From positions 42,480 to 106,479 of the forward strand of contig CAKQPS010000001.1 in NCBI GenBank assembly GCA_934270475.1: a stretch of 64,000 nucleotides of DNA. Direction: 5' to 3'. A program made the translations under genes and the position numbers. The notes under the pieces were generated by a model that searched no databases, was not told the DNA's origin, and saw only the letters and a list, made by a program, of their open reading frames with translations. Source of the DNA: an uncultured Alphaproteobacteria bacterium. Its GTDB lineage: Bacteria; Pseudomonadota; Alphaproteobacteria; RF32; CAG-239. This document shows positions 1-10,700 of the stretch, piece by piece (the stretch's first letter is position 1; the number at the start of each line of letters is the position of its first letter).

Positions 1-1167
1 GCTTATCTTTATGAATGTGAAAGCAAAGGCAAACCGGCAGTCGGCTATTTAGGTTCTGATCCAACCGGCGACAGCCTGCATGTCGGGCATATTGTGCCGT
101 TGATGATGATGCGCTGGTTTCAAAAATGTGGTCACAAACCATTGACTTTAGTCGGCGGAGCCACCGCCCGTATCGGCGACCCTTCGGGCAAAGACAAGCT
201 GCGTCCGTTTTTAGATGAAGAAACTTTGGCGCACAATATCGAGGGCTTGAAAAAGTCATTCCGCAAGTTTTTGAAATTCGGCGACGGAGCCAATGACGCA
301 GTTATGGTTGATAACTGGGATTGGTTTAAAGATGTTAACTATTTGGCATTTTTACGCGATATCGGAACTTGCTATTCGGTTAACCGCATGCTGACTATGG
401 AGAGCGTTAAAAGCCGTTTGGAACGCGAACAGCCGATGTCGTTTTTGGAATTTAACTATATGCTTTTGCAAGGCTACGACTTTTGTCAGCTGCTACAAAA
501 ATATAACTGCCGCGCGCAAATCGCCGGCGCCGACCAATGGGGAAATATCACTTCCGGCACAGAACTGGGACGCCGCCGCTATGATACAGAGCTATTTGGT
601 TTTACCAGTCCGATTTTGACTGACTCTTCAGGAAAGAAAATGGGCAAATCCGAAGGCAATGCGGTTTGGATTAACGATGAAAAATTGCCTTCATACGACT
701 ACTATCAATATTTCCGCAATATCGGCGATGCCGAAGTCGGCAAATGCTTGCGCGTGTTTACGGATTTACCGATGGACGAAGTACGCCGTTTGGAACAGCT
801 GAAAGACAAAGAAATTAACGAAGCTAAAAAGATTTTGGCATTTGAAGCCACCAAAATTTGCCGCGGTTTAGATGAAGCACAAAAAGCACAGGAAACAGCC
901 GTTAAAACCTTTGAGCAAGGCGCTGCTGGCGGTGATTTGCCAACCTTGAATGCCGATTTAAATGCTGGAATCGGCGTTTTAGACGCTTTCTTGCAAATCG
1001 GTTTTGTTGCCAGCAAAGGCGAAGCCCGCCGCTTGATTAAGCAAGCAGGCTTAAAAATCAACGACAAACCGATAACCGATGAAAACTATGTCATTACATC
1101 TGCCGATGTAGTTGACGGAGCTGTCAAAATTTCTCAAGGCAAAAAGAAATTCGGTTTAATCAAGTAA
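1..1167 (+). CDS. tyrS: Tyrosyl-tRNA synthetase, 5'-truncated at the window edge
   Basis: Frame 1 from position 1 reads ...GSDPTGDSLHVGH (HIGH motif) continuous with the listed ORF; KMGKS (KMSKS) motif present; C-terminal S4-like domain. Confidence 0.9.
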   Translation, partial: AYLYECESKGKPAVGYLGSDPTGDSLHVGHIVPLMMMRWFQKCGHKPLTLVGGATARIGDPSGKDKLRPFLDEETLAHNIEGLKKSFRKFLKFGDGANDAVMVDNWDWFKDVNYLAFLRDIGTCYSVNRMLTMESVKSRLEREQPMSFLEFNYMLLQGYDFCQLLQKYNCRAQIAGADQWGNITSGTELGRRRYDTELFGFTSPILTDSSGKKMGKSEGNAVWINDEKLPSYDYYQYFRNIGDAEVGKCLRVFTDLPMDEVRRLEQLKDKEINEAKKILAFEATKICRGLDEAQKAQETAVKTFEQGAAGGDLPTLNADLNAGIGVLDAFLQIGFVASKGEARRLIKQAGLKINDKPITDENYVITSADVVDGAVKISQGKKKFGLIK

Positions 1168-1187
1168 TTTGTTTTATACCTAAACTT

Positions 1188-1221
1188 AAACACCGCTCTA
1201 TGTTATGAGAGCGGTGTTTAA
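1188..1221. terminator. 11-bp stem hairpin (AAACACCGCTC...GAGCGGTGTTT) between convergent tyrS and cysS; probable bidirectional terminator
   Basis: Perfect inverted repeat seen in sequence, placed between two convergent stop codons; no long T-tract. Confidence 0.45.
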
Positions 1222-1240
1222 TTATTAAGTTAATATGAAT

Positions 1241-2620
1241 TTACAGCTTTTTCCAAGTTGTGCCAGTCGGGCTGTCTTCCAAAACTATGCCGCGTTCTTT
1301 CAGCTCATTGCGGATAGCGTCGGCAGTGCCCCAATCTTTGTTCTTTTTAGCTTCGGTGCGTTTGGCTATCAAAGCTTCTATTTCAGCATCTTCCTTGTCA
1401 TCAGAAGTTCCTTTGAACCAGCTTTGAGCATCATTATACAGCAATCCCAGCATATAAGCGTTAGCTATAAGTTCGGATTTGTATTTTATACGCTCTTCCT
1501 TGGTTTCAGCTTTGTTCAGATTGCCCAAAGTTTCATGCAGATATGACAAAGCCAGCGGAGTGTTTAAATCATCGGACAAAGCAGCAATCAGTTTTTCGCT
1601 CGGCTCAACTTTTTCTGCCGGAATATCAGCGTTTTTCAGCAGCGCGTTATAGAACTTATCCAAGATTGCTTTAGCCTGCTCCAATCCTTCAAACGTAAAA
1701 TTAAACGGCTGATGATAATGGGTAGTCAAAAACAGCAAGCGCAAAGCTTCTGCCGGATATTTTGCCAATATTTCATCAACGGTGTAGAAATTGCCCAAAG
1801 ACTTAGACATTTTCACGCCGTTAATCATCAGCATTCCAGTGTGCACCCAATAATGGGCAAAGCGTGTTCCAGGGTAGGCACAGCAAGATTGAGCACATTC
1901 GTTTTCATGGTGCGGAAAAATCAAATCCGAACCGCCGCCGTGAATATCAAAGTCGTTGCCCAGCAGTTTAGAGCTCATTGCAGAGCATTCCAAGTGCCAG
2001 CCCGGACGACCGTAACCCCATGGGCTGTCCCACCCCGGCTGGTCAGCATCGGAAGGTTTCCACAAAATAAAATCTGCCGGATTTTTCTTATAGTCGGCAA
2101 CTTCCACACGGGCGCCGGCAACCATTTCTTTCATAGAGCGTCCGGATAAAAAGCCGTAGTTCGGCATAGAATCCACATCAAACAAAACCTGCTTATCGGC
2201 AATATAGGCATGACCGTTTTTCAGCAGCAGCTCCACCAGTTTTATCATTTCCGGAATATACTCGGTTGCACGCGGGCGATAATTTGGCGACAGAACATTT
2301 AACTTTTTCATATCGTCAATATACCAGTTATACGTCTGCTCGGTGATTTCACGGATGGATTTGCCGGTTTCTTTATGCTTGTTCAAAATTTTATCGTCAA
2401 CATCGGTGATGTTAGAAACATAAGTAACATGCTCTTTGCCGTAAACATAGCACAGCAAACGATACAGAACATCATACACCACAGGAGTTTTGGCGTTGCC
2501 TAAATGCGCTTTGTCATAAACGGTCGGACCACAGACATACATTCGCACGTTGTTTGCGTCAATCGGAACAAATTTTTCCTTACGCTGTTTTAAAGTATTG
2601 TGCAAATATATTTCAGTCAT
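1241..2620 (-). CDS. cysS: Cysteinyl-tRNA synthetase
   Basis: CGPTVYDKAHLGN (HIGH-like) and KMSKSLGN motifs; 459 aa. Confidence 0.9.
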   Translation of the reverse strand: MTEIYLHNTLKQRKEKFVPIDANNVRMYVCGPTVYDKAHLGNAKTPVVYDVLYRLLCYVYGKEHVTYVSNITDVDDKILNKHKETGKSIREITEQTYNWYIDDMKKLNVLSPNYRPRATEYIPEMIKLVELLLKNGHAYIADKQVLFDVDSMPNYGFLSGRSMKEMVAGARVEVADYKKNPADFILWKPSDADQPGWDSPWGYGRPGWHLECSAMSSKLLGNDFDIHGGGSDLIFPHHENECAQSCCAYPGTRFAHYWVHTGMLMINGVKMSKSLGNFYTVDEILAKYPAEALRLLFLTTHYHQPFNFTFEGLEQAKAILDKFYNALLKNADIPAEKVEPSEKLIAALSDDLNTPLALSYLHETLGNLNKAETKEERIKYKSELIANAYMLGLLYNDAQSWFKGTSDDKEDAEIEALIAKRTEAKKNKDWGTADAIRNELKERGIVLEDSPTGTTWKKL

Positions 2621-2632
2621 TTTTTCCTCCTG

Positions 2633-3955
2633 TTAAGCTTTTTGTCCTAACAAACGTTTTTTAGCTTTTTCATAGCCAATCAAAGGCAGCAGAGTTTTGA
2701 GCTCCGGTCCGTCGTCTAAAGCAGTCAAAGCTTTGCGCAGCGGGTGAAACAGCTCGCGTCCTTTTTTACCGCTTTGCGCTTTTACGCCTGAAAGCCATTC
2801 ATTAAACGTGTTTTCAGTCCATGGCTCTGCCGGCAGCAATTCTGCCGCTAAGTCGGTTAGAGCTTTATCTTCAATAATCGGGGCAACTTCTTTGTGGCAA
2901 ATATCTTCCCAAACTTTGACATCATCTACCACATTCAAGTTAGCACGCACATCGTTCCAAAATGTTTCATCGGCAGAAATGCGGTCTTTTACCAAAGCAT
3001 ACGGCATAGAACGTACAACTTTAGTGTTGAAATGCTTTAACTCTTCTTCATCAAACTTAGGCTGTGAACGTCCTAATTTGCTGAAATCCAAAGATTCTGC
3101 CAATTCATCTAAAGAATAATACGGCTCAATTGCATCAGATGTTCCCAGTTTTGCTAAAAATGAGCAAATAGCCATAGCCTCAACGCCTTCGGCTTTTAAC
3201 TCGCGCACGCCTAAACTGCCCAAACGCTTAGACAGCTTACCTTCTGTACCAGTTAACAGCGGCAGGTGGGCAAAAGTCGGAACTTTGCCGCCGATGGCTT
3301 CAAACATCTGAATCTGCGAGGCAGTGTTGGTGGTATGGTCTTCGCCGCGCACAATGTGGGTAATGCCGAAATCGCTGTCATCAATGCAGGAAGGCAGGTG
3401 ATACAAATAGCTGCCGTCTTCGCGGATAATAATCGGGTCGCTCAATTTTTCGGCTTCATAGCGGCAATGTCCGCGCACAATATCGTCCCACTCAATCACG
3501 CCGTCCAGCAGCTTAAAGCGATAGTGCGGCTTGCGTCCTTCGGCTTTAAATTTTGCCAAATCTTCAGCAGTATAATGCAGAGCCTGACGGTCGTATACGG
3601 GAGCCAAGCCTTTTGCCATGGCGCGTTTGCGCTTAATTTCCAGCTCTTCAGGAGTTTCATAGCAGGCATAAATTCTGCCTTCGTCCATAAGTTTTTTAGT
3701 TACTTCATTATAGCGGTCAAAGCGGGCGGATTGACGGGCTTCTTCGCTCCACTCAAAGCCCAGCCATACCAAACTTTCACGCATGGCATCTTCATATTCT
3801 TTTTTGGAACGCAGGCGGTCGGTGTCATCAATTCTCAACATAAATTTACCGCCGAGTTTTTTAGCCAGCAGCCAGTTGAACAAAGCCGTTCTGGTGTTGC
3901 CTATGTGCATAAAGCCGGTTGGGCTTGGTGCAAATCTTACTTTTATTTCAGACAT
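2633..3955 (-). CDS. gltX: Glutamyl-tRNA synthetase (possibly non-discriminating GluRS)
   Basis: PSPTGFMHIGN (HIGH) and KLSKR motifs; 440 aa. Confidence 0.9.
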   Translation of the reverse strand: MSEIKVRFAPSPTGFMHIGNTRTALFNWLLAKKLGGKFMLRIDDTDRLRSKKEYEDAMRESLVWLGFEWSEEARQSARFDRYNEVTKKLMDEGRIYACYETPEELEIKRKRAMAKGLAPVYDRQALHYTAEDLAKFKAEGRKPHYRFKLLDGVIEWDDIVRGHCRYEAEKLSDPIIIREDGSYLYHLPSCIDDSDFGITHIVRGEDHTTNTASQIQMFEAIGGKVPTFAHLPLLTGTEGKLSKRLGSLGVRELKAEGVEAMAICSFLAKLGTSDAIEPYYSLDELAESLDFSKLGRSQPKFDEEELKHFNTKVVRSMPYALVKDRISADETFWNDVRANLNVVDDVKVWEDICHKEVAPIIEDKALTDLAAELLPAEPWTENTFNEWLSGVKAQSGKKGRELFHPLRKALTALDDGPELKTLLPLIGYEKAKKRLLGQKA

Positions 3956-4032
3956 TTATTTTCCTATGTATTTTTGCGCAAATTATTTAAAATCTTTGCG
4001 TATCATATAAAGGTTGTTTGTTGATTTCAACC

Positions 4033-4701
4033 CTAAAATGAGCCGGAATCCAAGTTTTGTTGATTTTTTTCTTCATTATCGCGGGTGATAGTCTGCAAAT
4101 CTTCTAAAAACCAGTCAATTTCTTCATCGTTATCATTATATATCATTTTATAAAAGCGGTCGCGGAACGCCAGAAGCAAGCTGCTTTCGCCGATTTTTAA
4201 ATCACGCACCTGAAGCTGACCGTTATTTTTGACTAATGCAAACAAAACATTAAAACCTTTTTGTTCCTGTCCGGCTGCCTGCTGCAACGCTTTAAGCTTG
4301 ATAACGCACCAAACGTCAACTCCGCTTTTGGTCGGCAGAACTTTCGCCACGCTGAAAAAAATTTCACCTTCGCCAAAATCCAGCGGATACCCCTTATAGA
4401 GGCTGTTAATGTATTGTTTAAACAGCGGAATATATTGTTTTTGCTGCTCTGGGGTCATCTTGCGCCAATATTTACCAACAGCAAATTTTGCGGCGTGGTC
4501 AAGGTCTATATCCTTATAAAATATATCGTCAAGCGCTTTATATTTGCGCTCCAAATTTGTGTCGGCAAGAATTTGTAAAATTTGATTGCCTTTATGTTCA
4601 GCCCAGTTTTCCGCCTCTTTTGCGCCGATTTTTTCAGACGCAGTTACAGGCATTGCCAAAGCCAGCAGTAAAAAAAATATGAGTCTTAATAAAACTTTCA
4701 T
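4033..4701 (-). CDS. MlaC/Ttg2D-family periplasmic phospholipid-binding protein (signal peptide)
   Basis: N-terminal signal peptide; AKFAVGKYWRKMTPEQQKQYIPLFKQYINSLY parallels the E. coli MlaC core; about 220 aa. Confidence 0.5.
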   Translation of the reverse strand: MKVLLRLIFFLLLALAMPVTASEKIGAKEAENWAEHKGNQILQILADTNLERKYKALDDIFYKDIDLDHAAKFAVGKYWRKMTPEQQKQYIPLFKQYINSLYKGYPLDFGEGEIFFSVAKVLPTKSGVDVWCVIKLKALQQAAGQEQKGFNVLFALVKNNGQLQVRDLKIGESSLLLAFRDRFYKMIYNDNDEEIDWFLEDLQTITRDNEEKNQQNLDSGSF

Positions 4702-4761
4702 TTTTATTTTGTATCCTTTTAGATATATCGTATATCATATATAATACAGATTAACACAAAA

Positions 4762-5859
4762 ATGGTTAATAAGATGAAAATATTTTCTATATTCGGCATT
4801 TGCGCCTCTTTATTACCGATGTTGGCACATGCGCAACAGGTTCCGCAATTTCAAGAACAGGTATATTATCAGCAGCCTGCGTATTATCACCCGCTGGCGC
4901 CGCAAGTTCAGCAGCAGCGCAGTCCGATTGAACAAATTGTTTGGAACAATAAAGTCCGCTGCGGCAGCGATATGAGCGTCAAAACCTATGCTCATAAAGA
5001 AGACGGCGTATGGAGCGGTATTGATGCTGATTTATGCCGCATAATTGCGCAGGCTCTGTTAGGCGACAACCGAAAAATTCAGATGGTAAACGTATCACAA
5101 AAAAATATGTCTCGCGCTTTGGATGAAGACAGAATTGATATTATGCTGAGCGGCGGAGCTTATTCAGCAAAAACAGAAACCTCCCGCCAAGCCTTGAGTG
5201 CCGGATTTTTGTATTATGACCACCAAATGCTGATGGTGCATAAGGACGCACCTGATGACCTGAAAGAATATAAAGATAAAAAAATCTGCATTTCTACAGA
5301 TTCCGACTATTATAAAAATTTTGACGATTACAACTTAAATAACTCGCTCGGTATGCGTTATTTAACATTTAATACCCTGAAAGAAGCTAAAGAAGCATTC
5401 TTGCTGAACAGATGTCAGATGATGACGGCAAGCGGCTTGATGCTGAACGGTATTTTGCGCGATTTGTCGGGCGGCAGCGCTAAAATTTTGCCGCAGCAAA
5501 TTGCTTTGCATCCGGTTTATGCCTATGTTCAACGTGACAATGCCGAATTGCGTTTGGCGCTGAAATGGATATTCAATGCGCTGTTTTTGGCAGAAAAATA
5601 TGATATAAATGGGCAGAATTTGAGCTTTTTTGCCTCTAACGACAATCCGGAAATCCGCAATTTGCTGGGCGATGACGAACAGCTGTGGCTTGATTTGAAA
5701 GTAAAGCCGCACTGGGTGAAAGAAGTTATTTCTTTGTTTGGCAACTATCGTGATATTTATGATAAAGATTTAGGCAAAGATTCCGACTACAATTTGGAAC
5801 GCGGCGAAGGCAAACTGGTCAAAGACGGCGGCACCATCTACCCCCTGCCGTTTATGTAA
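4762..5859 (+). CDS. Periplasmic amino-acid-binding protein (family 3 SBP, AapJ/BztA-like) with a Q-rich N-terminal extension
   Basis: Signal peptide; WSGIDADLCRIIAQALLGD and DIMLSGGAYS motifs resemble AapJ-type binding proteins. Confidence 0.5.
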   Translation: MVNKMKIFSIFGICASLLPMLAHAQQVPQFQEQVYYQQPAYYHPLAPQVQQQRSPIEQIVWNNKVRCGSDMSVKTYAHKEDGVWSGIDADLCRIIAQALLGDNRKIQMVNVSQKNMSRALDEDRIDIMLSGGAYSAKTETSRQALSAGFLYYDHQMLMVHKDAPDDLKEYKDKKICISTDSDYYKNFDDYNLNNSLGMRYLTFNTLKEAKEAFLLNRCQMMTASGLMLNGILRDLSGGSAKILPQQIALHPVYAYVQRDNAELRLALKWIFNALFLAEKYDINGQNLSFFASNDNPEIRNLLGDDEQLWLDLKVKPHWVKEVISLFGNYRDIYDKDLGKDSDYNLERGEGKLVKDGGTIYPLPFM

Positions 5860-5899
5860 ACTGACGCGTGTTTAAATTCTATGAGTTTTAAGTGACAAA

Positions 5900-6838
5900 C
5901 TATAATGCCTCATTTATAAAATCTTGAACATCTTTTTTAGATTCAGCAACTTTATAAACGTATGTTGTTGTTCGCCCCACACGATTTGAAGCTGTATAAT
6001 TCTTTTCCAACGCTGCATTCTGCAACTCTTTTATTAAAGACTTGCTGTTGCAGGTAATCTCTTTGCTTTCGCTGGAAAATTTCAGGCAAAGTTTAACCTC
6101 TGATGTAACTTTGTCGGAAAAATGTATTTCTATCTGTTTATACTTTTCACCGTTTCCGCAATTTTCCCAATCAAAATAGCAAGCATAAAAAGCGCCTTTC
6201 GGATTATGCACCCACACAATATTAAAATCGTGCCCGTCCAGTGTGGAACTTAAATAACTAAACCATTTTTCGGCGCACCAAGTTTTTATTTCATTATCAT
6301 CACAATTTTTTATCTGCCCTTCTATTTTATCCAGCCTGTTATAATAACTTTCAAAAATTAAATCACATTTACTGTTATCTTTCAGCAATTCTAACATATC
6401 TTTACGCCGCAAAGAACAACAATCACTTTGATGTAACACACTTTCATCAGGCGTTTTATAATCACGCACATAATCCATTGTTTTTAAATAGCATACTTTA
6501 ATCTCTTGCCCTGAATACAATTTGTCATTTTTCAAAGCCTCAACATATCTTGCAATCTGATTATCATGCTCGTTTGTATATGTTTTATCTTCAATAATTA
6601 AAAGATGAGAGTTTGTAACAACTAAAACATCAATATTTAAATATTGCTTCTTTATTTCACAAATTTCTTCATCTTTTGCAATTCTGCATTTTTCCAAGAA
6701 AGAGTGAGCGATGCTAAATTGCTGCGGATATTTATCTTTATATGTTTTTATACCAAAAATCAGCATATAGCAAAGAAAGGCATCTTGTGACAATTCATTT
6801 GTGGCATAGTCAAAAATATTAGGCTGTTCAATATTCAT
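5900..6838 (-). CDS. Hypothetical protein with a PD-(D/E)XK nuclease-like core and a Cys-rich C-terminal half
   Basis: NIDVLVV...LLIIEDKTY gives a D...E-D-K arrangement typical of the restriction-endonuclease-like fold; no family assigned; AT-rich flanks. Confidence 0.35.
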   Translation of the reverse strand: MNIEQPNIFDYATNELSQDAFLCYMLIFGIKTYKDKYPQQFSIAHSFLEKCRIAKDEEICEIKKQYLNIDVLVVTNSHLLIIEDKTYTNEHDNQIARYVEALKNDKLYSGQEIKVCYLKTMDYVRDYKTPDESVLHQSDCCSLRRKDMLELLKDNSKCDLIFESYYNRLDKIEGQIKNCDDNEIKTWCAEKWFSYLSSTLDGHDFNIVWVHNPKGAFYACYFDWENCGNGEKYKQIEIHFSDKVTSEVKLCLKFSSESKEITCNSKSLIKELQNAALEKNYTASNRVGRTTTYVYKVAESKKDVQDFINEAL

Positions 6839-7088
6839 AGTTTTATTCTCTCATAAAAAAAATCATTATTTGCCGATAGTTATCAGGACGCTGCTCTTAT
6901 AAAGTTCAAATTCGATGATAACGTAACTATAAATTAAAGGCAATTTATTATTAAAGCTATTAAGAGTTTATTTAGTACAAATTATAACCATCTAAAACTT
7001 TCAAAAAATTAAGCAAAGAAGATTGTTTTTTTACCGACAAATGAGAAACACCGCAAACGCGCTGTGTGCAACGATTTGAAAAAAACAC

Positions 7089-7117
7089 TTGATTTCTGTA
7101 TTTTTATATTATATAAG
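7089..7117 (+). promoter_or_regulatory. Putative sigma-70 promoter for tRNA-Trp (TTGATT, 17-nt spacer, TATAAG)
   Basis: -35/-10-like hexamers with 17-nt spacing ending about 15 nt before the mature tRNA 5' end. Confidence 0.3.
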
Positions 7118-7132
7118 ACTTAAAGATTTTAT

Positions 7133-7208
7133 AGGGGTATAGCTCAGTTGGTAGAGCATCGGTCTCCAAAACCGAGTGTCGTGAGTTCGAATCTTACTGC
7201 CCCTGCCA
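7133..7208 (+). tRNA. trnW: tRNA-Trp (anticodon CCA)
   Basis: Cloverleaf is readable: acceptor AGGGGTA/TGCCCCT, D-arm GCTC-AGTTGGTAG-AGC, anticodon loop CT-CCA-AA, T-arm GTGAG-TTCGAAT-CTTAC, 3' CCA encoded. Confidence 0.9.
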
Positions 7209-7213
7209 AAAAT

Positions 7214-7240
7214 AAAGCCGCCTTTTGGGCGGTTTTTTTT
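7214..7240 (+). terminator. Rho-independent terminator after tRNA-Trp
   Basis: AAAGCCGCC-ttttg-GGCGGTTT stem followed by T8. Confidence 0.7.
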
Positions 7241-7281
7241 ATGGCATTTTATCCATTTATGCTATTATAAAAATATATGCT

Positions 7282-7310
7282 AAAACGGCGAAAGGGATTT
7301 CGCCGTTTTT
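7282..7310. terminator. Hairpin terminator downstream of trxA (usable from both strands)
   Basis: AAACGGCGAAA-ggga-TTTCGCCGTTT, an 11-bp stem with T/A runs on both sides, 26 nt past the trxA stop. Confidence 0.6.
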
Positions 7311-7335
7311 ATATTCTTGCTAAATACTCTGTCTC

Positions 7336-7653
7336 TTATTTATAGGATTCAATCCAAGAAGAAATTGTTGATTGAGTATTTAAGCCAACTTTAGTATCTA
7401 CCTGTTTGCCGTCTTTAAACAAAAACATAGTCGGAATACTGCGAATGCCAAACTGGCTGGCGGTTTCCGGCGAATCATCAACATTCATTTTATAAATAGT
7501 AACAGCGCCGTTCATTTCTTCGTCAATAGCTTCCAAAATTGGTCCCAACTGACGGCACGGTCCGCACCATTCTGCCCAAAAATCTACCAAAACAAGCCCT
7601 TTGGAATTTAAAACATTTTCAGAAAACTGGCTGTCGGTTAAAGGTTGTGTCAT
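7336..7653 (-). CDS. trxA: Thioredoxin
   Basis: WAEWCGPC active site; 105 aa. Confidence 0.9.
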   Translation of the reverse strand: MTQPLTDSQFSENVLNSKGLVLVDFWAEWCGPCRQLGPILEAIDEEMNGAVTIYKMNVDDSPETASQFGIRSIPTMFLFKDGKQVDTKVGLNTQSTISSWIESYK

Positions 7654-7747
7654 ATTTTTTCTCCTTAATTTTATAAAAATGATATTTTCTATATAGTCTT
7701 ATTTTTTACAAGATTAAAGTCTTCTGCTCAATAAGACCACAAAATTT

Positions 7748-10700
7748 TTAGCTCACCCGCATAAGCCGAGTTTCATTTGTCCACAAAATATACGTTTCAA
7801 CCGTTTTATCGGAATATATTTTGTGCAGCAGCTCGGCATACGCAGCAAGTTGTTTCACATAGTTCAACGGAGTTTGCTCCAAATTTTTGGCTGCCGGACG
7901 ATTGGTTTTAAAATCCACAATCATAATTTTTTGCGGAAGAATCACCAAGCGGTCAAGCTGTGCCGATATGATTTTCCCGCCAACTTCGCCGATTACCGGC
8001 ACTTCGGCGCGTGAATTTTTGCCAAATATCACTGCAAACTCAGGATTTTGCAGCAAATTAAGCACTTCAGATTTTATTTGTTCTTGCTGCCGTTCGCTGA
8101 AATCTGCGGCATTCTTATGCAAATATTCTGCCACCACATTTTCTTGATTTTCTTCGCTTTGCGGTAAAAATTGCAAAAGCTTATGAATAACGGTTCCGCG
8201 GCGATAGAAATTTCCGTTTTCAGTTAAAGGTGAAGTAGAATCTACATCTTCCTCGTCTTCTAAATGCGACGGCGTATATGGTTTTGCTAGCAAAGATTCC
8301 GTTTCTGCCGGTTTATTTATCCATTCTTCCGGCGGTGGCATAACACTTTGCAGGCGCGCCGCATCACTTTTTGCTTTGGCAATAACTTCCGGCTCTTCTT
8401 CTGCAAAATTTTCGCCGGAAGCCACGCCGTTTTCCTGCAAAGTCTGCTTACACAGTTCATACCACGAACGTTTATCGGCGTTTTTCTTGCCGGTAAAGCC
8501 GCAAATATACAGCCTGTCTTCAGCTCTGGTCAACGCCACATACAGCAAACGCCGATATTCTTCCAGTGCCTTACGGTTATTTTCTTCTTTTAAGTTGACA
8601 CAATTTTGGTCATAGCAAGCACTGTTCAGTGGATAATAAGCAATTTCATTCCCCCACAGCAACGCCTGCTCGTTTTTAGCATTTTTAATACGCACCGTAT
8701 CCGGCAAAAAAACCACCGGCGCCTGCAAGCCTTTGGAACCATGAACCGTCATCAAACGCACAGCGTCGGTGTCTTTTTGTTCCGTCTCACGCTTAACTTC
8801 AACCTCGCTGCGGCTAAGCCATTCAATAAAGCCTTGCAAACTCGGTATGTGTTCTTGTTCATAGCTTATGGTTAAATTGATAAACTCGTCCAGTGCGTCT
8901 TCAACTTCCATACCCATACGCTCGGTGAATTTACGCCGTCCGTTTAAGGTAGTCAGGACATAGTTGAAAAGCTCATACGGACGCACAAAGTCCAGCATAC
9001 TCGACAGAGTTTTCAAATTTTCATAAACCTCAGCATACTCGGCATAATCTCCCAGCTTTGACCACAACGGCGCATTGCCGCGGTTGGCGCATAGTTTAAG
9101 CAAATCATCGTCGTTCAAACCGAATATCGGAGATTTTAAAACTTCTGCCAACGATAAATCATCGTTGTTTAACAGTAAAAAACGCCCCAAAGAAATTAAA
9201 TCCTGCACGGCAATCTGCTCGCTCAAGCGCAATTTATCCGCACCGCTGATGTTGACATCAGCATCTTTGCACGCCCGAATAAACTCATCAACAAAACTGC
9301 TGCGCGTTTGCACCAACACCATAATATCGCGGTAATGCAAACCTTCTTTTGTTACCAATTCTTTGATTTTGGCGGCAATTTTTTGAGCCAAGCGGGTTTT
9401 AACCGAAACTTCCTTGCTCATTTCAACCGGAGGCTGCCAGTTATAATCATCTGTTTTTTCTTTTTTCTCCGCCACCAGCAAAGGCCAAATTTCTACTTTA
9501 CCGAACTCTCCGGCTCTAAACGGAATATGATTTACCGTTTCTTCCGGCGCGGCGACGCCCTCTGCCGCTTCAGGCTTGGCAAACAGCTGATTAACGGTGT
9601 TTAGGACAGCTGCGGACGAACGAAACGATACGGCTAAATTAACTTTTTGAAAATCTGCCGCCGCCCGCTCGGCAAAAAGCTGCGACATTGCATCAAACTT
9701 GTCGGGATCGGCTCCCTGAAAGCTGTAAATTGATTGTTTTCTGTCGCCAACGGCAAACACCGTGCGTTTTTTTTCAGAATTTCCAGCTCCGGCGAAAAAT
9801 TCGGAGCTCAATGATTTTACAATTTTCCATTGGTTAGGCGAAGTATCTTGCGCCTCATCAATTAAAATATGATCTATGCCGCCGTCAAGCTTAAATAAAA
9901 CCCACGATGCAACGCCATCGTCCGCCAATAAATTTCGGGTCAAGAGAATCAAATCTTCATAATCCAGTCGCGAATGAAGTTTTTTAAACTCATTATAGCG
10001 CTGCGTCAACTCGCGGGCTATGGCAAACACCGCCTTGGTGGCGTTATATAAACGGACTTTACAAATTTTATCTTCGGTTTGCAGCACCCGTTCGCCTTCT
10101 TTGACCATACGGTCAGGCAAAAGAGAATCGACCGCCTCTGTTTTTTTGCTTGTCAGCTGTTTGCTCAGCGTGCCGTCCTTCGTTAAAAAAATTTGCTTAT
10201 ACAAACTATAATCAGCCGGCTTAAAGCCGTTCTGCAAAATTGTTTCAAATCTTTCAGCCCGCTTTATATCATTTTTGCCGCCATTCAGCAAAGCCTGAAT
10301 ATTTGCCCGCACATCTGCAATGTTTATGCCGCTCATAAAATCGGCTATCACCTTTTCTTCACTATCTTGCGGCGATACCTGCAAATGCTGCGCCAATGCC
10401 TGTTCATACGAAGTTTCATCTGCATAGTTTTTCAGCAAATCCGTAATTTTAGAGCGATTTAACGTAATGTTTTTCATCACGTTCGGAAAAGAATATTCGC
10501 TCAAATTTTCGGTTAAATACTGCAATGAAGATTTTAATGTTCCCTCGGCTCCGTGTTCGGTTTGCTCCAGCAGTTCTTTTTGAATTTGCGCCAAAGCCTC
10601 GGCGGCGCCCTCATCGTCCAAAATATCGAAATACGGCGAAACTCCGGCTTCCAAAGGAAAACGCTTCAAAACTTCTTGGCAGAAGCTGTGGATGGTTTGA

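Noticed and set aside
705-4024. Antisense ORFs inside tyrS, cysS and gltX (e.g. 705-1067 on the minus strand, 1712-2149 on the plus strand, 3266-4024 on the plus strand)
   Set aside because: They lie fully within strongly supported aminoacyl-tRNA synthetase genes on the opposite strand and have low-complexity or odd composition. They are shadow ORFs.
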